Shown: positions 34,849-50,870 of the stretch, piece by piece
Numbering within the stretch: the first letter of the stretch is position 1
Layout: each line of letters opens with the position of its first letter
Assembly: GCF_009914755.1 (NCBI RefSeq)
Contig: NC_060929.1
Length of the DNA stretch: 64,000 nt
DNA from: the human T2T-CHM13v2.0 reference genome, Homo sapiens
Direction: 5' to 3' (one strand)
Notes under the pieces: model-generated
Databases searched by the model: none
Told to the model about the DNA's origin: nothing
The model's input: the letters and a program-made list of their open reading frames with translations, nothing else
Program-made: the position numbers and the translations under genes

Positions 34849-37419
34849 TGATCCATCCGCATCAGCCCCCCTAAGTGCTGGGATTACAGGCATGAGCCAC
34901 CACACCTGGCTTGGATCTTTGTATGATCTTTGCATGGTAAGGAGCAAAAGGCAAAGAGGTTAGCAGTTTTTGGGGAGGTGAATTAAAACGTGGATACCTC
35001 ATTTTCAAAACCTCTTGTAAGGCTGGGTGAAGTGGCTCACGCCTGTAATCCCAGCACTTTGGGAGGTTGAGGTTGGAGGATTGCTTGAGCCCAGGAGTTC
35101 AAGACCAGTCTGGGCAACACAGTGATACCTTATCGCTACAAAAATTTAAAAAATTAGGTGGGCTTGGTGATACATACCTGTGGTCCCAGCTACTTGGGAA
35201 GCTGAGGTAGGAGGATCACTTGAACCCAGGAGGTTGAGACTGAAGTAAACTGTGATCTTGCTAGTGCACTCCAGCCTGGGTGACAGAGCGAGACCTTGTC
35301 TCAAAAACAAGAAAACCCCCCCAAAACACCCCTCTCATATACCTACCTACAAGGCCTAATGTATTACATCCCTTTTGTTTTAAAGATCAAAATTTCTATA
35401 TTATAGTTCCTCATATCACTATTAAAATCTATACCTAACACTAATTAAAATAATAATATGGGCATTTCTATTTTTTTTAAAATCACACAGCCAGGCATGG
35501 TGGCTCACACCTATAATCCCAGCACTTTGGGAGGCTAAGGCAGGAGCACTACTTGAGGCCAGGAATTTGACATCAACCTGGGCAACAAACTGAGACCCTG
35601 TCTCTACAAAAAAAAAATTAGCTATGTACAATGATGCAGGCCTGTAGCTACTGGGGAGGCTGAAGCGAGAAAATTGCTTGAGCCCAGCAGCTCGGGGTCA
35701 CAGTGAGCTATGATTGTGCCACTGAACTCCTGCTGGGTGACAGAGTGAGACCCTGTCTCAAAAAAAAAAAAAAAAAATCACACAGTACTATAGGGTACAC
35801 AGTGAAAACTAAGACTCTCTGCTGTCCTAGACAAAGTTCGTCTCCCTTAGCAATCATTAATATTCATTAACATTTTCTTGTGACTCCTTCCAGACATAAC
35901 CTGTGCATGTATAACAGCAAAAACATATGGGAACAAATGTGTAGTGCAGATAACTAAAGCAATACATATGTCTTAATGGACATAATCACCCCATGATATC
36001 CCTCTTCCTTTATTATACAAACCCAGGAATACTTTTCCCATTATTCTGCACTTTGCTTCCTTCATTTACTGATATCTCTTGGCGACTGCTCTATAACTAT
36101 ACAAGTAGATCTACCCCATTTTCTGTATGGCTGCATGACAGTCTACTGTAAGTATACTGTTTTGCAGTGCTCTATCTAACCAGTTTCATTCAGCCAGATA
36201 TTTCGGTTGTTTTCTGGCTCTTTCTACTACAAACAATTCTGCAATGACTATTAGTAACTCTGCAGAGTTTTCTTTTTTTTTTTTAAAGACGAAATTCTTT
36301 TTCTTTTTTTTTTTTTTTTGAGACAGAGTCTTACTTTGGTGCCCAAGCTGGAGTGCAGATCTCCGCTTGCCGCAACCTCTGCCTTCTGAGCTCAAGTGAT
36401 TTTCCCACCTCAGCCTCCCAAAGTGCCGGGATTACAGGCGTGTGCCACCACATCCGGCTAGTTTTTGAATTTGTTTTGTAGAGACGGGGTTTCGCATGTT
36501 GCTCAGGCTGGTCGCGCAAACTCCTGACCTCAGGTGATCCACCCACCTCGTCCTCCCAAAATGCTGGGATTACATGCGTGAGCTACCGCGCCCGGCATGC
36601 TGCATAATATTCTATATTACGTGTATATCACTGTTAAAACAGCTTATCAATTGATGAACATTAAGTGTTCGGGTTTTAAATCTTCTAGCAATGCTGACAA
36701 AGCTGCAGTGAAAGTCTTGGCACATGCCTTTGTAAACAAATGTGGCTATCAACCAAGTGACATTATTGTTTTGGGGGATATGCACAATTTTATTAGATTT
36801 TTAAATTGCTGCTGGGCGCGGTGGCTCACGCCTGTTAATCTCAGCACTTTGCGAGGTCGAGGCAGGTGGATCACCTGAGGTCAGGAGTTCGAGACCAGCC
36901 TGGCCAACATGGTGAAACCCCGTCTCTACTAAAAATACAAAAAAATTAGCAGATCCTGGTGGCGCGCGCCTGTAATCCCAGCTACTAGGGAGGCTGAGGC
37001 AGGAGAATCGCTTGAACTCAGGAAGGCGGAGGTTGCAGTGAGCCGAGATCACGGCATTCCACTCCAGCCAGGGCGACAGAACGACGCTCCGTCTCAAAAA
37101 AAAAAAAAAAATTGCTTGGCAAAAAGATCTGTATCACTTAAAACTCCCTCCAAAAGTGAAGGGTAGCCATGTCCCTCATCGCGAGTCACCTGGGTTAAAT
37201 TACTAATCTGTAAATGTTAAATTTCGCCAATCTTCTTAGTGTTTCAATTCGGAGAGTCATGTTGTGAAATGCCAATCTCTTAGTCCACCTTTTAAAAAAC
37301 TTTGCAGGGGTTCTCCAAGGCCCTCAGAATAAAGTCCAGATTCCTTTGCAGAGCTAACAGGATACAGGAGACTCCCTGCTCCAGGAAACTTCTAGGGGCT
37401 TCTCTCCTGGGGCCTGTTC

Positions 37420-39900
37420 CCTGGTTTTGGGAGCGCTCGGGCGACCGCGAGCCAGAGCAGCGTCTCGCTCATCTCGGACCCAGGCCTGGGGCTCCACTGA
37501 CGCCGACGGAGCCGGGCTGCTGCGGGAGTGGAGCCCTGGGGGACCAGAAGGGGCTTTCACTTCGCTCCTGGGCCTCCCGAGTTCCAGGCTCGGGCTAGCC
37601 CCGCGCAGGGAGGCGAGCGGGCCCGGCTCCCCAGAGGCCGAGGCCGGCGCCCGTGCTCCTTCAGCTCGGCCTCTCTCCCCCGACATAGGCGCTCCACATG
37701 CTTCATTTCCAAAATTCTCAGCAAAACTCCGCGGGAGACCCTGGTCACATGCCTGGAACGAGAACAAACCGGGGCGTGTCTGTGCCGGACGGCTGGGAAC
37801 CAAAGCTATTTCCATAGAAATAGGGCCGGCCAGCCTTGAGTTGTAGCCCCGCCAGTGCCTGAAACGCCAGGAGGAGGGGACGAGTTGCCTTTTAAAGGCG
37901 TAGCGACGAGAATAAGCCCCCACCCGCGGCAATTCGAGGCTGAACAATAGTGGTGCAGCTCGGGACGTGGTGCGAGGGCCCACACTCCACTGGAGCACGC
38001 GCGGACCACCGTGCCTCAGCTGCCACAAAGGGAGCCTCGCCACACGCCCGCGGCCGCCTCGCAGCGCCCGCCAAGAAGCGCCTGGCGGAAGGGCGCACTC
38101 TCAGGCCTTCCACCGGCGACCTTCCGGCGGGAGCCTGCGGGCGGCGCAGGAACGACCCTCCTTCCTCTGCCCCGCAGCAGTGCTGAGTAATGGTGAGAGC
38201 AGCAAGGCCCTTGGCCGCCGCACGTAAGAAAAAAGTTGTAATAAAAAGAAAACAACCCGGGAAACTTTACTAGTTGGTTCGCCAGGTACAAACCTATGCG
38301 GAAAAGGCGGGGTACAGGCCTCGGAGGCCGGACCCAACCAGTCAGGGAAAGAAAGAGGGCAGAAGCCGCAGGCTGCACAGCCTCACAACCGCCCAGAGGG
38401 CACGGCGGCCCTGGGGCTCGGTCTCTTCCGAGCAGAGCAACCTCCGTGTCTATCAGCTCCTTCCGGCGTTGCGATTGGCCACAGGCTGTCTTGGCCTCTC
38501 GGACGCCCGCCTCCTAGTTGCTAGGGGTTTACTTCCCCAAAGTACACGGGCCCCACCTTGTGGCGCAACCGCTCCTGCATGGAAAACGGATCTCCGCCCA
38601 GGGGAAGACGTGTTAACGAATAAGAGCAGCCCCACACATTTATTGGCTACTTTGAGTATCAGTCAAAGAACTGCTCACTCGCCTTTCTATTGTACTTTTC
38701 GGTTATTGGTCTCTCTTAGTGCCGATCTGTTACTAGGGAAACGAGATCCTCACAGTCTCATAGGCAGGAGTCAAAGCCAATCAAGAGCCACGCCTTCATC
38801 CCCGAGTCAGTGCCCAATTACTGTTCGAAGAGCCCTGAGGACGCGGTCGGGATTGGTCATCCCGTCGCCCGACCTGGCCGCAACAAGTTAGGGTGAGTGG
38901 CAGTTATATAGACCGGCGGCGGAGCACGCGTGTGTGCGGACGCAGTTGCGTGAGGGGTTTGTACTATCCTCGGTGCTGTGGTGCAGAGCTAGTTCCTCTC
39001 CAGCTCAGCCGCGTAGGTACGCCGGGGTGTGGGCGGGGCAGGGAGGCCAGAGGACTAAGCCGAGCCGCAGCACTTGTGAGAGGGAGAAGTCTGAGTGGCG
39101 CTCGCGGCGGCCGCGCCAGTCGCGTCCCCCACCCCAACCCCCACCCCAACGGCCGCAGGCGCGCGCGGCGGACGGACGGGCGCGCGGCGGCTCCTCGCTC
39201 CCGCTCCCGTCCCGGCTGGGGCGCGTGGCCGTGTCCGCCGCGTGCGCGTGCTGCGTCCAACGGCCTCGCGGGGCAGGAGTAAGCCGCGGCCGCCGCCTGG
39301 GCCCCAGGGCGGTCTCTGGGGCCAGGGGTCCCGCGCCCAGCGTTTCCCGCCCGCCACCCTCTCCGCCACGCGCCCGCGGCACCTTTTCCTCCCCTGGCCA
39401 AGGGATCCAGTCGGTTCGGACCAGAAGGAGGCTTTCGTTTAGGGTGGGGGCAGCACTAAAGTCTGATTGGAGTCTTGCGGTCCGCGCGTCGCAGAAGCGC
39501 CTTCGGTTTTGCAGAGAGCAAAGAGGGAGCAGCGAGTGCACGGAGTGGTAGTAACAACCAATGTTCTTTCCACGCCCTCACTGTGTGTCCGGCACTGTGC
39601 GGAGCCACTTTTCTGCCTTTCATTTGATTCTTGCAGTGAGCTGGCGAGGTGGGTACGGCTATCCTCCTTCCTTAGCGGCCCAAGGCACGGGTTTGGAGAG
39701 CGGGGTCACAGGCACGCACGGGAAGGGCGGGGATTTGTTGACGCCGGGCCCTCTGACTCCGAGCTCCCCGCTTCCCAAGCCTGTTTTTAGTCTTTGCCCC
39801 CAGAGCACTTGTCCCTCGGGGCAGCATCAGCCTCAAAAGGCCACCTGCCGAGAAGGCTGCAGCGGCATTTGTACTTGGGCTAGTTCTGGGCTTCCAGGGA
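37420..39900. promoter_or_regulatory. G3BP1: CpG island / G3BP1 promoter with six CCAAT boxes and a TATA-like element
   Basis: Very CpG-rich. CCAAT/ATTGG at 38474, 38642, 38705, 38777, 38814 and 38852; TATATAGA at 38905-38912. Confidence 0.88.
38940..39016 (+). other. G3BP1: G3BP1 non-coding exon 1 (start approximate)
   Basis: Begins ~30 nt after the TATA-like box and ends at CCGCGTAG|GTACGC; agrees with my recollection of the G3BP1 5'UTR. Confidence 0.8.
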
Positions 39901-42900
39901 GACAAGGGTTGGAAGTGGGAATGTGACAAAGGAAAAGGGTTTGGGCTTCCTTTCTACGTGTACTTGTACAGGCCCTGGGTAGATGTGCCGCCACCGTAGC
40001 TTCTGGAAAAAAGTAGGGAAAACGATGAGTAAGTGCAAATGAACATGGACTGTGTTCCTCATCGGGTTTGAATCTCAGATTGCTGATGGGAAATTCCCGC
40101 CAGCGGGAAGTTAGGCTCCGGTTTTAGACGTTGAATTTTTTTTTCTCTACTTTTTTTTTAATTGGAGGAGACTTTTGCAGAAAGACCTTGAGAAGATTCA
40201 CTTTATAGTTGAAGGGAATGAGGTGCAAAGCGACGAATTTAAGATCTCACTAGCATCTGTGGGTTAAAATACGGAATTGGAATAGAAAGGTTGGCGCCCA
40301 GTTACAGTATACTATTTGGACCTCTGTGGAGCGTGTCATGCTGGATGAATTACTGGTGTTGGAGATGTGTTGGAAAAAACAACTGTGACAGTCGAGATCT
40401 GTGGATGAAAGTTTGTGTACACTCCGTTTATTTAGCATTTACTCTGCTGGGTTCTTGTGTATATGCAGAAACAAGATGCTTTTCTTCAGGGACTGGAGCT
40501 TATATTTTTCTAGTAGTTACCATCTTTTAGATTATTTAAAAGCCAACATACTCCTTGGCTTAGTGAAATAAATCTTCTATGTTATAGAAACACTTCTATA
40601 AACATAAAGATTTCTATAATCGTGTTCTGGAAACCCTTTCTATAAACATGTTTCTATAACAGTATTATAATAATGTTCCAAGTAACATTTACTTGGAACT
40701 TTGCTGGTGTGGCGATTCCGGTTACTTGCCCTTACAGACTGGTTAACTATGGAATTAGCATTTTAACTTAGACTTAAAGTTGAGCAATTTAAGTTGTCAA
40801 ATGGAAAAACACTAGAATGACCTACATTTAAACTGTTTAAGCTTGAGTCCAGCTAATTTTATTACTGCTTGAGGCAAAATAGAATGAAATTACCTTACAC
40901 ATTATTGAGGGAAAATTTCGTTAGTTTCTACTTAAAATATTAAAAAAATACAGTTCTTGGCCTCAGGCAAATGGTTATCACTTGGGCAGGAACATGAAAA
41001 TTACGTGATTATTTCACAAACTGGTGCTCTAACTGATTACTTGTGCATTTATCAGGAACAAGTGAATTGAAGCAAATTGTGGTAATGTAAGGCTTGGCAA
41101 GGCTGCCCTACATCCCTACCAAGTCATACGTCAGTTTTGTTGGAGCTGCTTACCGGTACAAAAGTCTAAGCTTTTGTACCTCTTACAGGTAGAAAAGTAG
41201 ACAGTTCTTTGTTTAACTCAGTTTGCTGTTCCTGAGCTGACACTGCACCAGGGGAACATTAGGAGATTTTGGTAATGTTTGTTTGTGACCTACTTAGAGC
41301 AGTTTTTCTTTTGTAACTTATGGTTTTTTTTTTTCCCACTCGTTCTAGTATTTTGCATAGAAAGTGAACGGCAGAAGGCAGTTTTAAGTTTTTGTAAAAG
41401 TTTGTGAATTTTATATCGTCCTTAGGACTGATGGGGCTAGTGTTAAAAGATAAAATTTAACATAAAGCTTACATTTGTGACTAAAGCCAATTTTATATTT
41501 TTTTTCTTTATTTTTGTCAGTCTGATAAAACTGCCCACTTGGTCTTTTAACATTTTGCAAATTGATTTTTTTTTTAACTTTCAGAATTTAAATAGGCATT
41601 GTATGTTTGTTTAATTATATTGTGCTTTGGCTTCCTTGGACGAAACTATTACTGACTTTACAAAGAAGAATGGATAATTGTGGAAGTAGGTAGGTCAAAA
41701 AAAAAAAGGAAAGCCTCGCCCGCCCCCCAGTAATTTGTCAAAAGCAAGTGGGAAAAATCTCTGGTAGTGCAGTACTGCCCTTCCAGTACTCCAGTACAAG
41801 CCCTGGAGTTGAATTTAGATTCAGCAACTATTATCTTACATGTAGTTGGTGATCACAATGTGGTGGCACACTAGGTTTATAATTTTATATCTCAGAAATC
41901 AGCTATTTACTTTTTTTAAAAAAGTATTCTTGGACATCCTGTCTGTCTTTAGTTGGGAAGGTCAAGTTGCAAGCCAGGTGATAGGGTTAAGAGTAGGAAT
42001 AATTCACACACACGAATAGTGTCTTAATATTCTGTCTTACAAGGTGGAAAGCAATTTCAAAAAAATTGCCCTCACAGCCTGTAGCTTAGTAAATAAGGTC
42101 TTTAGGCGACTTTGTGATAGAGTCCCTCTTCTGTCAGGTGGCCAGTCTGTCATGTAATAAGTTCTTGGTATGTGTGTTGTATCTTAGGTACTTAATCAAA
42201 AGTAAAGATTAAAGATGATTGACAGAAATTTGGCTTCCTGGATGGTATACACATCTACTTAGTAGGGATGTAATCTTTGGTGGCTATTAACTTCACTGGC
42301 TATATAAAGCATCATTATGTATTTGTGTAACCTTTTGCATATTTAGAGAGTGCTTTCACACATCTTTGGTATTACCATACTTTTACTAAAAAGTGAATTG
42401 GAGCTCTGAAACCGAATTGTCAAAACTATTTTGAAAAGCATGTGGTACCTAATAGGGTACTATAGCCAGCTTATTTCCTTAATTGAAAAATCTTAGAGGG
42501 ATTTTGAATCTGGAATGTATGAATGTGACACCTGCCTGCCCTTGCAGGCTTCTCCCATATGCTGTTTATGCAAAGCCATAGGCTGTGCCTTAAGTACACC
42601 CTTGTTTCTGCACTGAGGTTGCCTAGATTTCCCTGGAGTGTATCCACCTGTCTTGATCTGTTTAAGAATTTTGCGGATGAGCATTAGTATTAACTGTAAC
42701 ATATCTTTTCACGTGATGAGAAAGAACAAAGATTTTTTTAAATTGTGAACCTGAGTAGGTTTTAACTTTGGAGTGGGGAAGGGATACACTAAGATAAAAG
42801 ATAGTTGTTAAGTATTCTGATTCCTGAAGTTTTTTTTCTTTCAGGAAAACAGTATTTTTGAGATAAAGTAAGATTTGTGGAAGAGTTGCAATAGAGAGGT

Positions 42901-44499
42901 CTTGAATACCCATTATCCACTGTTAACATCTTATGTAATCCAAGTACATTTAACAGAACTGAGAAATTAACATCGATAAAATACTGTTAATGAAAGACTT
43001 TATTTGGATTTCCTTAGTTTTTCTACTAATGTCCTTTTTCTGTTCTAGGATCCAGTCCAAGATGCCACATTGTATGTAGTCTCCTGATCTGTGTCAGTTT
43101 CTGTCTTTCCTTTTGTCTTTCGTGACCATGACACTTGATCTCATTTGGATTTGATGTTAAGGATTAGACTGAAGTTACAGATTTTTGGGGGAAGAATACC
43201 ACAGAAATTACCCTTATCACATCAGATTGGGGGTCCATAATATATAACTGGTTGAATTTAACCTGATGATTTGGTTCAGGTGGTATCTGTCAGGTTAGTG
43301 TTTTTTTCCCCTTTAGATACTATTCCTTAGATGCTAGTCACCAAGTCCAGCTCACACTCAAGGAGAGAGGGGAATTAGGCTCTACTTTCTAGAGGGAGGA
43401 GAATGTGAATTTGTGGAAGTATATTAAAGCTACTGTTATTATTTTGGGGGAGATGCTTCGAAGCCATGGAAATAAAGTTCCCCTCCTTAATTTTAGCATT
43501 TTAATGGATCTCGTCTGCAGCTATTATTACTTCGGGGTTCTAATGGTGATTTTTTTTATTTTCCTCATTCCTTCTACAGTATAAATTTTCTGTGAGGAAG
43601 ATTTGTGTATTCTTCATGTTTTTTCTTTTTTTCATTTATATCACTATAGACCACGGATATTAATTTTATTCTTTGGGTTGTAATCCACAATTATCCTTGC
43701 TGATGTTTACTTATTTTTGATTATTATTTATTTTATATTTTTATAAAATATCGTCCAGGCTGTCTCACACTCCTGGGCTCAAGCAATCCTCTTGTCTTGG
43801 CCTCTCAAAGTGCTGGGATTACAGGTGTGAGCCACTGTGCTGGCCACAGTTTATTTTGTTGTTCATGTTGTTCCAGCTTTTTTTTTTTTTTTTGGCTCCT
43901 TTGTCCTTTTGACACTTCCCTATCTTATCTGTTTTTTAAAAGCATGTTTTTTCTTTCATTAATTACCAGGTATTTCAGGCTCATCTTGCATTTTGCCTGT
44001 CTCAGGTCCAGAATCAACCATTTCTCCAAGGAGGCGTCAGGAAGAATTGTGAAGGGAGGTGACAGGTGGTAAATGCGAAGAGTTTGGAAAAATAGATTGA
44101 CAGTAGGCCCAGTGATGTTGATACTTTTCTTGCTCTGAGCACAGATGTTGGCTTCTGTATTCATGTTACTCCAGTTCTGGGAAAAGATTTTGTTTCTAAA
44201 TTCCCACGATTTAGAGAACCAGATATCAAATGTTTGAATACATGACATAATCCTGAAACAAAATTTACAAAAATTTAATATATTCTCAAGTTAGTACACA
44301 CAAACACTTGCTGTTTTTCCTTGGTGTTTTTGACAACTTTTTTAAAGTAAAAAGACCACTTAAATACTATCGTACTCAGAATTAACATTTGACATTTTGC
44401 ATTGCCCTCTAAGACTCCTTTTTTTCTATACGGGCTTCCATTCCCTTCCTTCCAGGGATCTTTTTCACATCTTTCCAGGCTGTTTTATTGATGGGGAAT

Positions 44500-46520
<2,021 letters not shown>

Positions 46521-47928
46521 TATGTACGGTATCTGGTATTTGTGTATACTAAAAACACTTTTAAATATATGTAACGTTATCACACAGTACATATTTGGCA
46601 ACTGATTTTTCTTTTTAATAATGTTTTTGAGTTATGTGCTCGCTTTCTGGCAGGCATAAATAGGGTGACATATGTCTTGGTTTGCCAGGGACAGTCCTGA
46701 TTCACTTCAGTTAACCTGACACTATTAATAGTAGTTGTTTTCAATCTTAAAAGTGCTCTCATATGGTTGTCTTAGGTATAGAAGTTTCCCTAATGTGAAT
46801 AAACCACAACTTAATATCCATTCCTTATTTGATGGACATGTAGATTGTTATCAATGTTATACTTTACAGATAGGGTGGCAGTTATTTGTTTTTGTCTTGT
46901 GTGAGTTTGTTTTGTCTTGGGTGAGTTTCTTTTGTATATGTACCTAGAAGAGAACTGCTAGATTTTCATCAGAGTGTTTTTGATTTTATTAGATAGTGCA
47001 AAATTGTTCTCCACTGTGGTTGTACCAGTTGAGACTTCATCTTCAGCAGTCCTGTAGGCTCTTTTTTTTACTTGGTTGCCAATGTTTGGTGTTGACTGAG
47101 ATTTTAATACTTTGGCGCATCTCTTGTAAGGTATCTCCTGTGAGAAGTGATTTTATTAATTGCATTTTCCTGGTTACTTACTCTGTTTTGTTTGCTGTCC
47201 ATTTAGTACTTTCCTGAGAATTGGCTGCTCCATTTCATTTGCCTGTTTTTCTCTTGGGTTACTCTTTTAGTGATTTGTATGCAGGTTTATATACATTCTA
47301 CTAATCTTTTATTATATGATATTATATTTTCTTACTATAAAACTGGCACTGAAAATGGGCTATGAAGGCATTTGGCTACTTTTTATTTTGTTGGAGTGAG
47401 CTTTGCCATTAAAAATGCAGGTGGAGTATGGGCTGCCTTTATGTTTCCCTGCCCGTCTGTTAAAAATTGGAGGATAATGCTCATAGTTATTTCCCCCTCC
47501 GCCGCTAGCTGATGGAGTCTTGCTCATTCGCCTAGGCTGGAGTGCGGTGGTGCGATCTTGGCTCATTGCAAGAGCTCCGCCTCCCGGGTTCACTCTGTTC
47601 TCCTGCCTCAGCCTCCTGAGTTGCTGGGACTACAGGCGCCCACCACCATGCCTGGCCAGTTTTTTTGTATTTTTAGTAGAGACGGGGTTTTACCGCATTA
47701 GCCAGGATGGTCTCTATCTCCTGGCCTCATGATCGCCCACCTTGGCTTCCTAAAGTGCTGGGATTACAGGTGTGAGCCACCGCGCCTGGCTGATAATGCT
47801 CATAGTTCTTTAGACCCTTAACATTTTTCTGTTAACTTCAGCACAATTATTGATGGGGAGTTTCTTTGAAGTTGCTTTGCAATCTGGAAACTTGGGATCA
47901 AGTGGAAAATTTGAAAGTTAATGTAGTA

Positions 47929-48927
47929 CAGTTGAACCATGAACAAACGTGGGTATGAACTGCTCAGGTCCACTTGAGCAGATTTTTTTCAATGAATATA
48001 TTGGAAAATTTTTTTTGGAGATTTGTAACAATTTGAAAAAGCTCACAAACTGAATAGCCTAGAAATAATAAAAAAAATTAAGAAAAAGGTATTTCATGAA
48101 TGCATAAAATATATGTGGATACTGTTATTTACTACTGTAAAATATACACAAGTCTATTACAGATTTATTACAGAGTTAAAATTTATCAAAATGAACCCAC
48201 ACAAACACTTTGAGACCATTCAGGGCACCATTTGCAGTCAAGAGAAATGTAAACAAATGTAAAGATACAGTATTAAGTTATAACTGCATAAAATGAACTT
48301 TAGTATATACTGTACTATAATTTTTTTCCTAGCCACCTCCTGTAAATATTGCAATGTGCTTGTGTTGCAAGTATCTGCTTACAACACTGTGTGATGCTAA
48401 TCATCTTTATGTGAGCAGTTCTTCTCTCCAGTAAATTTGGATGCAGTAAAAAGTGATTTCTCTTCAATGAGTAGTTTTCATCATGTTTAGTACAATACTG
48501 AAAGCCTTGAATAACACCATGGGACCCATACGAAATATCACTAATGATGCTGAAAGCACTCCCAAGAAACAGAAAAGTTATGACATTACAAGGAAATATT
48601 AAATTGCTTGATCTGTACCATAGGTTGAGGTGTGCAGCTGTGGTTACCTGTCATTTCAGAGAGACGATTTGTCTTTTAAACAGACAGCATAAACATATAC
48701 AATACTGAAAATGTATTTTGCAAATGATTTTCTTATTTTCTTTAGCTTTATTGTAAGAATACAGTATATAACCTACAAATAGTTAAATGATTGGTTATAT
48801 TATTGGTAAAGCTTCTGATCACCAGTGTGCTATTAGTAGTTAAAATTTTGAGGAGTCAAGTTATACACAGATTTTCAACTCTGGGCTATCCATGCCCCTA
48901 ATTCTCACCTTGTTGAAGGCTCAACTG
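47929..48927. mobile_element. Tigger2-family DNA transposon (Tigger2b-like deletion derivative) in G3BP1 intron 1
   Basis: TA TSDs; TIRs CAGTTGAACCATGAACAA...TTGTTGAAGGCTCAACTG; ~1 kb long, with a transposase N-terminus remnant near 48520-48650. Confidence 0.8.
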
Positions 48928-49756
48928 TAGTTCATCCAAAAGGTAGATACAGTTTTATGTTAAATGCTTGGGATTTTTTTTTTTAACTCCTTTAGGAAAT
49001 TCTCCATTTTAATCTCTAGGAAAATAAGGAAAATATCCATCCAGGTGACACAAGAGAGTGGGATGTAGAAATGGTTTTCTTCTTTATAGTTAATAATTTT
49101 GATACTGATAGTAATAATAGCTAACATTTATTTCCTGCTTACTGTTAGGCACTTAATTGTTATAATTCTGATTTTAATTTTACAGACAGAAGAATTGAGG
49201 TGAGAGAGATTAAGTTACTAGCTCAAGGTCACAGCAAGTGAATGGTGTTGGAGAAGTTTCCCTAGTGAGAGTTGGTTAAATAAATTTTGGGGGTTTCCTT
49301 TTGTTGTCTTTGAAATGTTTATTCACTATTTAAAAATAACACTCAGTTTTAAAGTTCATTTGTCATATTTTACTCATGTTAAAGGTAGCCTTTGACAACT
49401 CTCAAACTTTGTCTTAAATTTGGATGGTTCAGTTAGAACTGGTAAACTCAAGGTCATGTTTAATAATATCTTTCTAGATCTTACTGGTATCAGTGTATAT
49501 CATTCTTAAGAATATTATTTATATTTCAACATCCATTGGTGTATGCTGTTATATTAGGAACAGCCAAAGTCCATAGTTGTAGAAATTTTAAAAACATCTT
49601 TAGAAAAGGACTTAGTGTGCTGAGAGTGTTTATAAATGAGGGAGAATCTTGGAAATTTTTAGCATATATTTTCTTTTTTTTCCCCTCTGATATTAGCATG
49701 TGTTTTCATTGATAATGCATACATTTTTTAAAAAAATTATTCCCCCCCAGAGGTAA

Positions 49757-50020
<264 letters not shown>

Positions 50021-50723
50021 TAGAGGCGGGGTTTCGCCATGTTGGTCAGGCTGGTGTTGAACTCCTGACCTCGTGATCCGCCTGCCTTGGTGTCCCAAAG
50101 TGCTGGGGTTACAAGCGTGAGCCACTGCACCCAGCCTTTCTGTGACTAATCTGTTTAAATTTGCTTACTTTAATTATTTTTAGATTTGATAGAATTGAGA
50201 GAGTGAGAATTCTTTCTCAAGAGGTATTATGTTCACATTTCTCATAGCTTGTGTTTTATTTTTGGTCCAGAAAAGATGAAGATTTCAGAGAGATGACAAT
50301 TTTTTAGGATTTATTACACTATATAGATTCAAATTGCCAAAATTTACATTTTCTTTCTTTTTTTTTGCTGTGAATGATCAAATAAACAGATTTTTTTTTT
50401 TTTGTAAGGCAGAGTCTTGCTCTGTCACCCAAGGTGGAGTGCAGTGGTGTAATCTTGGCTCGCTGCAACCTCTGCCTCCCAGGTTCAAGTGATTCTCGTG
50501 CTTCAGCCTCCTGAGTTTGCCACCATGCCTGGCTAATTTTTTGTATTTTTAGGAGAGACAGGGTTTCACCATGTTGGCCAGGCTCATCTCAAACTCCTGG
50601 CCTCAAGTGATCTGTCCCTGTTGGCCTCCCAAAGTGCTGGGATTACAGGCGCCAGCCCCAATTTTTTTTTTTTAACTGAGAATAACAAAATTACTCGCTA
50701 AACTTTCAGTGTGTGATCTTTGA

Positions 50724-50870
<147 letters not shown>

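Noticed and set aside
37302-39929. Overlapping Arg/Pro/Gly/Ala-rich ORFs of 100-229 aa on both strands
   Set aside because: Stop codons are scarce in a CpG island; no recognisable domain and no consistent frame.
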